Shown here piece by piece: positions 1 to 6,439 of a DNA stretch of 10,528 nt. Below the pieces are notes generated by a model. The model searched no databases, had not been told where the DNA came from, and worked only from the letters and a program-made list of their open reading frames with translations. The first letter of the stretch is position 1; each line of letters opens with the position of its first letter. Both the position numbers and the translations under genes were made by a program. Source of the DNA: a virus (taxonomy: Duplodnaviria > Heunggongvirae > Uroviricota > Caudoviricetes); the IMG/VR virus record IMGVR_UViG_2565956629_000002, positions 1-10,528 of that record. One strand, written 5' to 3'.

Positions 1-63
1 ATTGAGTGGGAATGATTAATAGCTAACTCATAGCAAATCATTTCTATTCAGACACTAACTCAA

Positions 64-94
64 CCCTCTGTTTTTACAGAGGGTTTTTGTTTTT
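64..94 (+). terminator. Rho-independent terminator of an upstream (off-window) plus-strand transcript
   Basis: Stem CCCTCTG (64-70), loop TTTTTA, stem CAGAGGG (77-83), followed by TTTTTGTTTTT. The reverse strand has no T-tract after the hairpin, so it looks unidirectional. Confidence 0.5.
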
Positions 95-143
95 ATGTAT
101 TCATTTCTATTCACTCTACACCATATTTTTCGGCGGTACAGGT

Positions 144-178
144 GACGGTATTACCTTAAAGGTATACTCTCATACCGT
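144..178. promoter_or_regulatory. Nested inverted repeats upstream of int, including an operator-like TTACC-N5-GGTAt site (151-165)
   Basis: GACGGTAT (144-151) and ATACCGTC (171-178) form a perfect 8-bp inverted repeat. Inside it, TTACCttaaaGGTAt matches the operator motif found in the immunity region with one mismatch. Sits about 30 bp upstream of the int start. Confidence 0.3.
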
Positions 179-207
179 CATGAAAATGGTTTCTATACGG
201 GTGAATT

Positions 208-1458
208 GTGCTTACCGATACAAAATTAAAAAACCTCAAGCCGCAGGACAAACTGTACAAGGTCTCCGATCGTGACGGGCTGTATGTAGCTGTGCTTACG
301 TCAGGCACGGTCTCGTTTCGCTACGACTACCGTATCAACGGTCGCCGCGAAACGCTGGTAATCGGGCAGTATGGGCGTGACGGTATCAGCCTGGCAGAAG
401 CGCGAGAAGAACTGATTGCTGCAAAGAAGCTGCTTAAAGCAGGCCAGTCACCGGCTGCGGCTAAACGTGACGGTATCAAAAAGATTCGTGGTGCCGAGAC
501 GTTTGCGGTACATACCGACAGTTATATGAAACACGTCATCCTGGCTGACAGTACCCGCGCAATGAAACAGGCGGTGATCGACCGTGACATACTTCCGGTT
601 CTTGGCAATAAAATGATGGCTGAAATTACCACATCGATGGTTCGTGATTTGTGTGACCGGATTGTCGAACGCGGTGGCCGGGCAACAGCAGTGCAGGCCA
701 GGGAGATCATCAGTAGCGTATACCGTCACGCCAATGACCGTGGTCATGGTTTGTTTAATCCTGCGGCTGACATTAAACCTTCGTCTATCGCCATATTTAA
801 ACCAAGAGAGCGAACACTGACACCAGAAGAAATTGGCCTGTTCTTCCGCACGCTGGATGCCATTGGTGCTATGGGCACTATGAAAATGGCTTTAAAGCTG
901 GTGCTTATCACTATGGTTCGTAAAGGCGAATTCACCAACGCAACGTGGGATGAAATAGATTTTAAAAAATGGACATGGACCATTCCTTCAGACCGCATGA
1001 AGGGAAGCCGGGCGCACGTTATTTACCTGCCTAAACAGGCTCAGGATATATTGGTCGGATTGCAGATGTGCGCTGGTGGAAGTGAATATCTGGTTCCTGG
1101 TCGTTACAATTTCCGGAAGCCATTATCTAATGCCGCGCTGAACTCTCTGATCGACAGAACGGTGAAAATAATAAATGAAGATGGTGAGCATATTCAGGGC
1201 TTCACCGTACACGATATGCGCCGTACAGCCAGTACATTGTTGCATGAGGCTGGTTATCCTTCAGACTGGATTGAAAAGGCTCTGGCACATGAGCAGAAAG
1301 GTGTGCGCGCCGTATATAACAAAGCGGAATACGCCAGACAGCGCGCCTACATGTTGCAGCAGTGGGCCGATATGATTGATTCCTGGATTGACGGGGAGCA
1401 TACGGATCTGATTCCGTTCTCCCCGTCGAAGTTTGAGAAGTGGATGGCGGGGGAATAA
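208..1458 (+). CDS. int: Tyrosine site-specific integrase (P4-like phage integrase family)
   Basis: 416-aa ORF with a GTG start at 208. N-terminus MLTDTKLKNLKP...DGLYV...FRYDYRINGRRE is typical of the P4-type integrase arm-binding domain. C-terminal catalytic signature includes HDMRRT (H-x-x-R) and VRAVYNKAEY (catalytic Tyr), plus the conserved WADMID tail. Confidence 0.93.
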   Translation: MLTDTKLKNLKPQDKLYKVSDRDGLYVAVLTSGTVSFRYDYRINGRRETLVIGQYGRDGISLAEAREELIAAKKLLKAGQSPAAAKRDGIKKIRGAETFAVHTDSYMKHVILADSTRAMKQAVIDRDILPVLGNKMMAEITTSMVRDLCDRIVERGGRATAVQAREIISSVYRHANDRGHGLFNPAADIKPSSIAIFKPRERTLTPEEIGLFFRTLDAIGAMGTMKMALKLVLITMVRKGEFTNATWDEIDFKKWTWTIPSDRMKGSRAHVIYLPKQAQDILVGLQMCAGGSEYLVPGRYNFRKPLSNAALNSLIDRTVKIINEDGEHIQGFTVHDMRRTASTLLHEAGYPSDWIEKALAHEQKGVRAVYNKAEYARQRAYMLQQWADMIDSWIDGEHTDLIPFSPSKFEKWMAGE

Positions 1459-1461
1459 CGT

Positions 1462-1656
1462 TTAATTATTCTGCTGATTTTCTTCCATCTCGGCTTCTGC
1501 TGCCAGTGATTCAATTTTATCTGTGAATATTGCTGACAGTGTTGCAAATTCAGCATCAGTGACAGCGGGAATTGGAACAAACCTGATCCCGCTGTGTGCA
1601 AGCATGTTTGCAGTTTCAAGGCATTTCCTTAAATCTGCTGGTGATGCCCTGTTCAT
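1462..1656 (-). CDS. Small hypothetical protein (64 aa) with acidic C-terminal tail, last gene of the cargo cassette
   Basis: ATG at 1656-1654 overlaps the methyltransferase stop (ATGA overlap). GGGAG lies 8 nt upstream. Protein MNRASPADLRKCLETANMLAHSG...AEAEMEENQQNN. The longer 104-aa track ORF (start 1776) would overlap the MTase out of frame and is disfavoured. Stop is 3 nt from the int stop. Confidence 0.4.
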   Translation of the reverse strand: MNRASPADLRKCLETANMLAHSGIRFVPIPAVTDAEFATLSAIFTDKIESLAAEAEMEENQQNN

Positions 1657-2300
1657 GCTGCACGCTCCCGCCCCTGGTTGTCTGTTGGTGACAGCGGAGC
1701 ATTGCTGAATGCATTTGTTAATCCGGCAATATACAACGCGTATCCAGGGTGTAGTTGCACTGCTGGGTCTTCGCACTGATTACCCCAAACATCGAAGCCA
1801 TGAGACGTTTGGCGGGCGAACAGTTCAATGCGAGAAACATCGCCTAACAATTGCACAAGTTTTTCACGAACGACATCTGGTTTTCTTGAATGCTCAAGCC
1901 GCGGTGCGGTAAATGACTGAACGATACCTGCATTAATGCGCGGAGGTAGTTTTCCCTTTACCGCAAACAGGCAATCTTCACTGTTGGCGCGAGTCATGTG
2001 TCCCATCCCCATAACCAGTTTATCTGGTTGTCGACTACCACATTTTATCCACGTGAAGCCCTTCATGGTCATCAGACGAAATCCCCAGGCTTCAACAACT
2101 TTTAGTGCTTCGAGTGGTTGTGTTGGCACCCACCACATGGCCAACAGACAGTTTTCATCGGCCAAATCCCACACAGGAAGGCGGCAGATATCCAGCACAC
2201 TCATAACCGGATATTTAAAACCGGCACCGCGATTACCATCTGCGGCTTTGTCCCGGTATACCCAGGGTGGATCTGCATAGATTAGCGTGTATTTTTTCAT
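1653..2300 (-). CDS. MT-A70 family N6-adenine DNA methyltransferase (215 aa)
   Basis: Start ATG at 2300 (internal Met of the track ORF) with GGGAG 7 nt upstream. MKKYTLIYADPPWVY carries the DPPW catalytic motif close to the N-terminus, as in MT-A70-type enzymes. ELFARQTSHGFDVWGNQ near the C-terminus is also typical. Start overlaps the stop of the upstream DndB-like gene (ATGA). Confidence 0.85.
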   Translation of the reverse strand: MKKYTLIYADPPWVYRDKAADGNRGAGFKYPVMSVLDICRLPVWDLADENCLLAMWWVPTQPLEALKVVEAWGFRLMTMKGFTWIKCGSRQPDKLVMGMGHMTRANSEDCLFAVKGKLPPRINAGIVQSFTAPRLEHSRKPDVVREKLVQLLGDVSRIELFARQTSHGFDVWGNQCEDPAVQLHPGYALYIAGLTNAFSNAPLSPTDNQGRERAA

Positions 2301-3364
2301 TGTTCTGCTCCCAGACTTCCTTTGGTAAAGGCTTGTATCAGCCTGTTTGCTGCCGCTTTCTGTGCTGCTACATTGGCAATAACTGATAGTTTTTCCTGGC
2401 TTGCTTTCGTGCAGATCCCAACCCAATTATCCATTAGGAAAAAATTCTCTCTTTCTGCGAAGTCAGTATTTGCACATAATGTTTCAATCATTGAAATTAT
2501 TTCTTTTATTGAGTGATTAACCATCATTTGCTGAACAGCATAGCCAAAAGCGTTAATCATCACTGCATGAAACTGGATATATTCTCTTTTGTATTCTGAT
2601 TGCTTTGTACCATGGCGAATTGCTTCTAGTTGTGTAAGACATAACCATGATTCCCATACTGACTCGATGTTACCAATTTCTAGTTTTTTCCCATTATGAA
2701 TACAAAATTTTGATGTTGAATCACTTAATGCTTTGAAACTCACCCACATGTTTGACTTTGACGGAACAACGTTGTGCTCGAAGTCAGTGACTTCTGCAAA
2801 AGTGTCATGTTGCGACAGGAAAGACACCATTTCTTGGGCAACATCGTTTCGTCCGTCATACGCCATATTAATTGCTGCAGATGGTTTTGAAACATTATTA
2901 TTAATGTCAGAAAAGAACTGCTGACGCGCCTTCAAAGGAAGGTTATGCGTAAGCATAAGAGGAATCATAATTGTTTCGCCATAATTACGGCAGAACTCAG
3001 CTAATCCTGCAGCACGATGCTGTCCATCAAATAATTTTATTTCTGCATCCATAGGAAATCTAGCTAAACCGACATTAGTATTTCCAATCTCATGGAACTC
3101 TATTTCTGAGTTACAATTTCCGACCAATGGTGGAACAATAAATGGTTCCTTTTTCTCGTAAGCGTTGACTAAATATTGATAAAACTTTTTTACCCTGGTT
3201 GGATTAATTTCACGTTGAGAACGTTCAAGGGTACTTCCCGTATTGTCGGTTGCCAATACTCTCGATAGTGCTCTTGCTGGTACTGTCATCATAAGTATTA
3301 CAGTGCTTCCCTGCGTTCCTCGTGATGCGGGAAATTCAAAGAAATAATCGCCTACCTTGCTCAT
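2297..3364 (-). CDS. DndB-like DGQHR-domain protein (ParB/Srx-fold, DNA-modification-associated family)
   Basis: Contains the name-giving motif LFDGQHRAAGL and an N-terminal YFFEFPASRGTQG segment as in DndB/DGQHR proteins. Start placed at ATG 3364 (MSKVGDYFF, AGG about 7 nt upstream). An in-frame ATG at 3400 would add 12 N/Q-rich residues and is the alternative. Gene is visibly more AT-rich than its neighbours. Confidence 0.82.
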   Translation of the reverse strand: MSKVGDYFFEFPASRGTQGSTVILMMTVPARALSRVLATDNTGSTLERSQREINPTRVKKFYQYLVNAYEKKEPFIVPPLVGNCNSEIEFHEIGNTNVGLARFPMDAEIKLFDGQHRAAGLAEFCRNYGETIMIPLMLTHNLPLKARQQFFSDINNNVSKPSAAINMAYDGRNDVAQEMVSFLSQHDTFAEVTDFEHNVVPSKSNMWVSFKALSDSTSKFCIHNGKKLEIGNIESVWESWLCLTQLEAIRHGTKQSEYKREYIQFHAVMINAFGYAVQQMMVNHSIKEIISMIETLCANTDFAERENFFLMDNWVGICTKASQEKLSVIANVAAQKAAANRLIQAFTKGSLGAEQ

Positions 3365-3392
3365 GATATTACCTTTTACATTATTGTTTTGA

Positions 3393-3692
3393 TTATTCAT
3401 AAACCACCCCGCAACATCCTATGCCGCTATAGTCGCCACGGCGAAGGCCGTTACCTTTTGTGATACATTGGTCCCTGCGAACCGCGATCCTTGCACGTTC
3501 AACATCACCAGAAGCAACATCCATACACTGAAGCCAAAGGTGAGCGGCAATGCGGAATTGCCCTTTTTTCTCTCTTTCAATCGCGCGTTTTTCGATCTCT
3601 ATCGCCGCAGGAGTAACGGCGACAATCTTTGACGGACTGCGCATTGAAACCTTATTCATGTGATATTTTTCAAGTCGGCTTAACTTTCTCAC
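3393..3692 (-). CDS. Hypothetical small protein, possible first gene of the cargo cassette
   Basis: Only long ORF on either strand in this 300-bp segment. GTG start at 3692 with GAGGG about 9 nt upstream; alternative internal ATG starts at 3659 and 3644. Stop TAA at 3393-3395 lies within the ATGAATAA context of the 3400 alternative start. No recognisable domain. Confidence 0.4.
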   Translation of the reverse strand: MRKLSRLEKYHMNKVSMRSPSKIVAVTPAAIEIEKRAIEREKKGQFRIAAHLWLQCMDVASGDVERARIAVRRDQCITKGNGLRRGDYSGIGCCGVVYE

Positions 3693-3801
3693 TTAATCCA
3701 ACCCTCTCTGAAAATTAATGCCAGCAGATAAAGCCATGCTGAAACAGAGGCCAGGAATAAGTACCATCCTGACCATTTGCTCCAGTGCCTTAGCAGCACA
3801 C

Positions 3802-4050
3802 TCATGCAGCGTTGCTCACAGGACGATATACACGTTGCTGAACAGGAGGCTTTTTACCCTGGAACTCTGCCGGGCTTGCTGCCTGACGTTCATCAAGCCA
3901 ACGCTCAACTTCGTCACGGTTCCATGCGCAGCGTTTGTCAGTGATATACCAGCGTTTAGGAAATTCACCTGCGCGCTCCATACGGTCGATAGTGCTCCAT
4001 GACAGTGGCACCACCGCCAGGAGTTCCTTCTTACCTAATGCACCTTTCAT
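3802..4050 (-). CDS. AlpA/Xis-family excisionase-like DNA-binding protein
   Basis: 82-aa protein with LLAVVPLSWSTIDRMERAGEFPKRWYITDKRCAWNRDEVERWL, the typical MerR-like winged-helix signature of AlpA-type prophage excisionases/regulators. RBS GAGAGGT 5-6 nt upstream of the ATG. Confidence 0.85.
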   Translation of the reverse strand: MKGALGKKELLAVVPLSWSTIDRMERAGEFPKRWYITDKRCAWNRDEVERWLDERQAASPAEFQGKKPPVQQRVYRPVSNAA

Positions 4051-4072
4051 AAATACCTCTCTTGGTTGCAGT

Positions 4073-4091
4073 GCGGCGCGCGTGGCGCCGC
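4073..4091. repeat. GC-rich perfect palindrome (7-bp stem, 5-nt loop) between recT and the excisionase gene
   Basis: GCGGCGC gcgtg GCGCCGC. No T-tract follows on either strand, so it is not a canonical intrinsic terminator. Confidence 0.4.
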
Positions 4092-4099
4092 GGTGGTGG

Positions 4100-5017
4100 T
4101 TACATAGATGTTTCGTTTAATTCTTCCCGACGAACGCTGTAAACGTCGGTGGCTTTTGCCAGCAGTTCGTCATCATCTGAAAGTTTTTGTGCAATGTATT
4201 TGTAAGCCTTATCCAGTTCGGAGACAGTGCTGTAATTCATCGCTGCGCTGGTAAAGGCCATCAGCATTTCTTCTGGATCACGGCTATCCGCTTTACGCGT
4301 TTGCTCATCAGGCTTTTTCACTGTTTTAGCGTTGATCAGACTGTTCATGCTGGATGCTGTGCCGTGCTTTGCCTGACTTCTTGGAGTTACGTCACGTTCA
4401 ATAATGTCAGGTGAGTCGATATATTTACCTTCCATTTCCTCAGCTGTGGCTTGTTGACCAATCTCCGGCCATGCTTTACGTAATGCCTGTGCCTCTGCGC
4501 ATTTTGCCAACTGCGCATAAGGGCGCTTTTTCCACATGGCATTTGGTGCCGATGTGTCACGCCCCCCAGTTGCATAGTTCTCAATCCAGTATTCTTTGGC
4601 GCTAAACTCTACGATTTCCCCGCTTGCCATTCGCTTGCTGACGGTGTACTTACACCACTGAGGGAAGGTAACCTCCACGCCTGAAAGCGTTTGTGTTACA
4701 TCTGGACCGAACTCAGGTTCATTAGCGCCTGCGTAATCGCCGGAACGGTAGGCCTGAATGCGATAAAGTCCAATGCCAGGCATGACCACGTCGCGCCATT
4801 CATTCTTTCCACTCTTCGAGTCTTTAACACTCATTGGTACCAGGTGTACCGGCTTAAGAAGAGGATCGAGTTGACGCGCCCGGCAGTAATCGACTGCCAT
4901 CATTACCGATTCATCTTTTGCCCCAGGGTAAATACTGTTTTTCAGAGCGCTCCATGTAACTTCATCGATTCCCCGAATAGCCAACACATCATTGGTGATT
5001 GCAATTTCGTTGCTCAT
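4100..5017 (-). CDS. recT: RecT-family single-strand annealing recombinase
   Basis: Start ATG at 5017 (internal Met of the track ORF; AGGA 9 nt upstream) overlapping the exonuclease stop (ATGA). A GTG at 5044 is the alternative. SKSGKNEWRDVVMPGIGLYRIQAYRSGDYAG resembles the conserved RecT core as recalled from Rac RecT. Confidence 0.88.
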   Translation of the reverse strand: MSNEIAITNDVLAIRGIDEVTWSALKNSIYPGAKDESVMMAVDYCRARQLDPLLKPVHLVPMSVKDSKSGKNEWRDVVMPGIGLYRIQAYRSGDYAGANEPEFGPDVTQTLSGVEVTFPQWCKYTVSKRMASGEIVEFSAKEYWIENYATGGRDTSAPNAMWKKRPYAQLAKCAEAQALRKAWPEIGQQATAEEMEGKYIDSPDIIERDVTPRSQAKHGTASSMNSLINAKTVKKPDEQTRKADSRDPEEMLMAFTSAAMNYSTVSELDKAYKYIAQKLSDDDELLAKATDVYSVRREELNETSM

Positions 5018-5835
5018 ACGTACATATCCTGTTTGCGTGCCCACTCAGGGCGTTTAATAATTTCCACGCCGCCCCATTCATCGCTGATGCGGCATTCGTG
5101 ATAGGTATTCAGATCCCGGCGGAACAGAGCGTGCCCGGCATCGACATCCGGCGCATCCAGCCCGAACACGCGTACCGGATACCGACCACAATCAATGCTT
5201 TCGCTCACGGCAAGAAAGAAAAAACCATGCGGCTGACCAGTAATCCTCATTGCGCCTTCGCGGTACATTGCGTCCTGCACGTGGTAGCGGAATTCCTCGA
5301 TGTGACGTGCAAAACGGTCCATATCTGCAACCTTTTTCACGTCGACGATCACGTTGTGCTCGTTCAGCCATTTGTCTGGACGAATTCGGCACAACTCACC
5401 CGTCTCTTCATCGTTCCAGTACATTGATGCTTCGCAGTAACCAGGTGCTTCCAGCATCCAGCGTGCCGCCGGGTGAGCCATTGCGCTATCACGCATCAGC
5501 TCCAGTTTCCGCCACTGCTCGGCATCAAGTACCGTAATCCCCATATCCGCTACATCACGAAGAAATGCTTCTTCGTCAGCTTTACCTTGTTTCGTCCGAC
5601 GATCGAACTTCGGTGAAACAATGAAGCGTTTGTCGAATTCTCCAGGCTCCAGAAGCAGACAGTGCAATGCGGTTCCCATATCCAGTGCAGACTTTTTCTC
5701 TTCGTCTTCTGGTGCTGCCTGAACCCATTTAAGAAGCGCCGGATTCTTGGCAACCATGTCCAGTTGCGACTTACTCACGCCGTCACCGGCGTGGTAGTCT
5801 TCGTTGCTGATGTCGAAATAAATTCCCGGTTTCAT
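5014..5835 (-). CDS. RecE-like PD-(D/E)XK exonuclease (exodeoxyribonuclease VIII-like), partner of RecT
   Basis: 273-aa ORF immediately upstream of and translationally coupled to RecT. Sequence features recall the C-terminal nuclease domain of prophage RecE-type exonucleases. ATG at 5835 overlaps the upstream gene stop (ATGA). Confidence 0.8.
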   Translation of the reverse strand: MKPGIYFDISNEDYHAGDGVSKSQLDMVAKNPALLKWVQAAPEDEEKKSALDMGTALHCLLLEPGEFDKRFIVSPKFDRRTKQGKADEEAFLRDVADMGITVLDAEQWRKLELMRDSAMAHPAARWMLEAPGYCEASMYWNDEETGELCRIRPDKWLNEHNVIVDVKKVADMDRFARHIEEFRYHVQDAMYREGAMRITGQPHGFFFLAVSESIDCGRYPVRVFGLDAPDVDAGHALFRRDLNTYHECRISDEWGGVEIIKRPEWARKQDMYV

Positions 5836-6131
5836 GCCGCTTCCCTCTGCCCATCAAGCTGATCCGCCAGATCCCAGCGCGCTATAATTGCCATTGCCTC
5901 GCGCCGGTAGGAATCCATCAGTTCTTCGAACTCAGGGCTGTCTTTAGCAGCCTCCAGCACTTCCTGACGAACGCCTTTGCCTGTTACAACGTCGAAAGTT
6001 GAGGACAGTTGATGAAGTCGGATGCTCTCAATCAGTTCAACTTGTCGGTCATATAGCTGTTCTGACAGGCGGTAGTCCTTGTCGAATGCCAGCATGATTT
6101 TTTGAAGATTTTTCTGCTGATTAACGTTCAT
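5832..6131 (-). CDS. Hypothetical early-left-operon protein (99 aa)
   Basis: Start ATG at 6131 with strong GGAGG 7 nt upstream (an ATG at 6146 is less likely). Stop overlaps the exonuclease start. No recognised domain; occupies a position analogous to gam/abc-type genes in lambdoid phages. Confidence 0.7.
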   Translation of the reverse strand: MNVNQQKNLQKIMLAFDKDYRLSEQLYDRQVELIESIRLHQLSSTFDVVTGKGVRQEVLEAAKDSPEFEELMDSYRREAMAIIARWDLADQLDGQREAA

Positions 6132-6133
6132 TA

Positions 6134-6286
6134 TCAGCCCTCCCATATCTCGTTATCGTTGGCCACATCGCGAGCTTCTTTGCTGACGAAAGCCCACTTA
6201 ATGCCTTCCTGTAAGGTGCGGAACTTCCAGCTCATGAATCCGCATGCAGTAACGCAGTACCAACCGTTGATGATTTTCCACTGCAT
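6134..6286 (-). CDS. Small W/C-rich hypothetical protein (50 aa), first gene after the pL-like promoter
   Basis: Not in the supplied track (under 60 aa). ATG at 6286 with GAGGT 8 nt upstream. Hand translation: MQWKIINGWYCVTACGFMSWKFRTLQEGIKWAFVSKEARDVANDNEIWEG. Stop TGA at 6134-6136 is followed after 2 nt by the next gene's ATG. Confidence 0.5.
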   Translation of the reverse strand: MQWKIINGWYCVTACGFMSWKFRTLQEGIKWAFVSKEARDVANDNEIWEG

Positions 6287-6305
6287 AACTTGTTACCTCG
6301 GTCTG

Positions 6306-6382
6306 TTACCGTTGAGGTAATAATTATGCGTATTTGGTTTGATGTCAATAGATATGAGTTAAAAAAATTACCCATAAGGTAA
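6306..6382. promoter_or_regulatory. OL-like operator pair: two perfect TTACC-N5-GGTAA palindromes flanking the pL-like promoter
   Basis: TTACCgttgaGGTAA (6306-6320) and TTACCcataaGGTAA (6368-6382), 62 bp centre to centre. Confidence 0.6.
6320..6348 (-). promoter_or_regulatory. pL-like early leftward promoter
   Basis: On the minus strand: TTGACA (complement of 6343-6348), 17-nt spacer, AATTAT abutting the 6306-6320 operator. The second operator lies 19 bp upstream of the -35. Confidence 0.45.
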
Positions 6383-6393
6383 TCTTGTTGGCA

Positions 6394-6418
6394 ATAAAAA
6401 AGCCGCCATGAGGCGGCT
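6394..6418 (-). terminator. Rho-independent terminator downstream of the repressor gene
   Basis: Stem AGCCGCC (6401-6407), loop ATGA, stem GGCGGCT (6412-6418). On the minus strand the hairpin is followed by TTTTTTAT (plus-strand A-tract 6394-6400). Confidence 0.65.
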
Positions 6419-6439
6419 TACTTACTGAAAACTATAGTT

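Noticed and set aside
61-71. 11-bp identity CAACCCTCTGT at 61-71 and 7420-7430, both next to terminators; considered as a possible att core repeat
   Set aside because: Many 11-bp coincidences are expected by chance in a 10.5-kb window compared on both strands, and a 7-kb spacing inside the immunity region does not fit attL/attR.
1-207. Search for a tRNA or tmRNA 3' end as integration target
   Set aside because: No cloverleaf-compatible acceptor/T-arm sequence or CCA end recognisable. Any tRNA would lie left of the window.
87-275. 62-aa plus-strand ORF overlapping the integrase start
   Set aside because: Out of frame with and largely displaced by the well-supported integrase ORF; it spans the upstream regulatory region and has no RBS.
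1462-1776. 104-aa minus-strand ORF (long form of the small C-terminal cassette gene)
   Set aside because: Its first 40 codons overlap the MTase 3' end out of frame. The internal ATG at 1656 has a strong GGGAG RBS and an ATGA coupling, so the 64-aa form is preferred.
1709-2924. Plus-strand ORFs 1709-1912, 1936-2280, 2322-2516 and 2733-2924, antisense to the MTase and DndB-like genes
   Set aside because: Fully embedded antisense to CDSs with strong motif support; no RBS and no recognisable protein features.
2297-3400. Longer DndB-like start at 3400 (adds MNNQNNNVKGNI)
   Set aside because: The N/Q-rich extension looks like leader sequence and GGTGG lies only 3 nt from that ATG. The 3364 start has better spacing. 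Kept as an alternative because it is not decisively excluded.
3718-4120. Plus-strand ORFs 3718-4002 and 3935-4120, antisense to the excisionase gene
   Set aside because: Antisense overlap with an ORF carrying a clear AlpA/Xis signature; no independent support.
4187-5862. Multiple 60-140-aa ORFs on both strands inside the recT and exonuclease genes
   Set aside because: All are embedded in or antisense to the two long ORFs with recognisable recombinase and nuclease features; typical shadow ORFs.
6102-6320. 72-aa plus-strand ORF across the leftward gene starts and the pL region
   Set aside because: Antisense to two minus-strand genes with good RBSs and spans an operator/promoter region.
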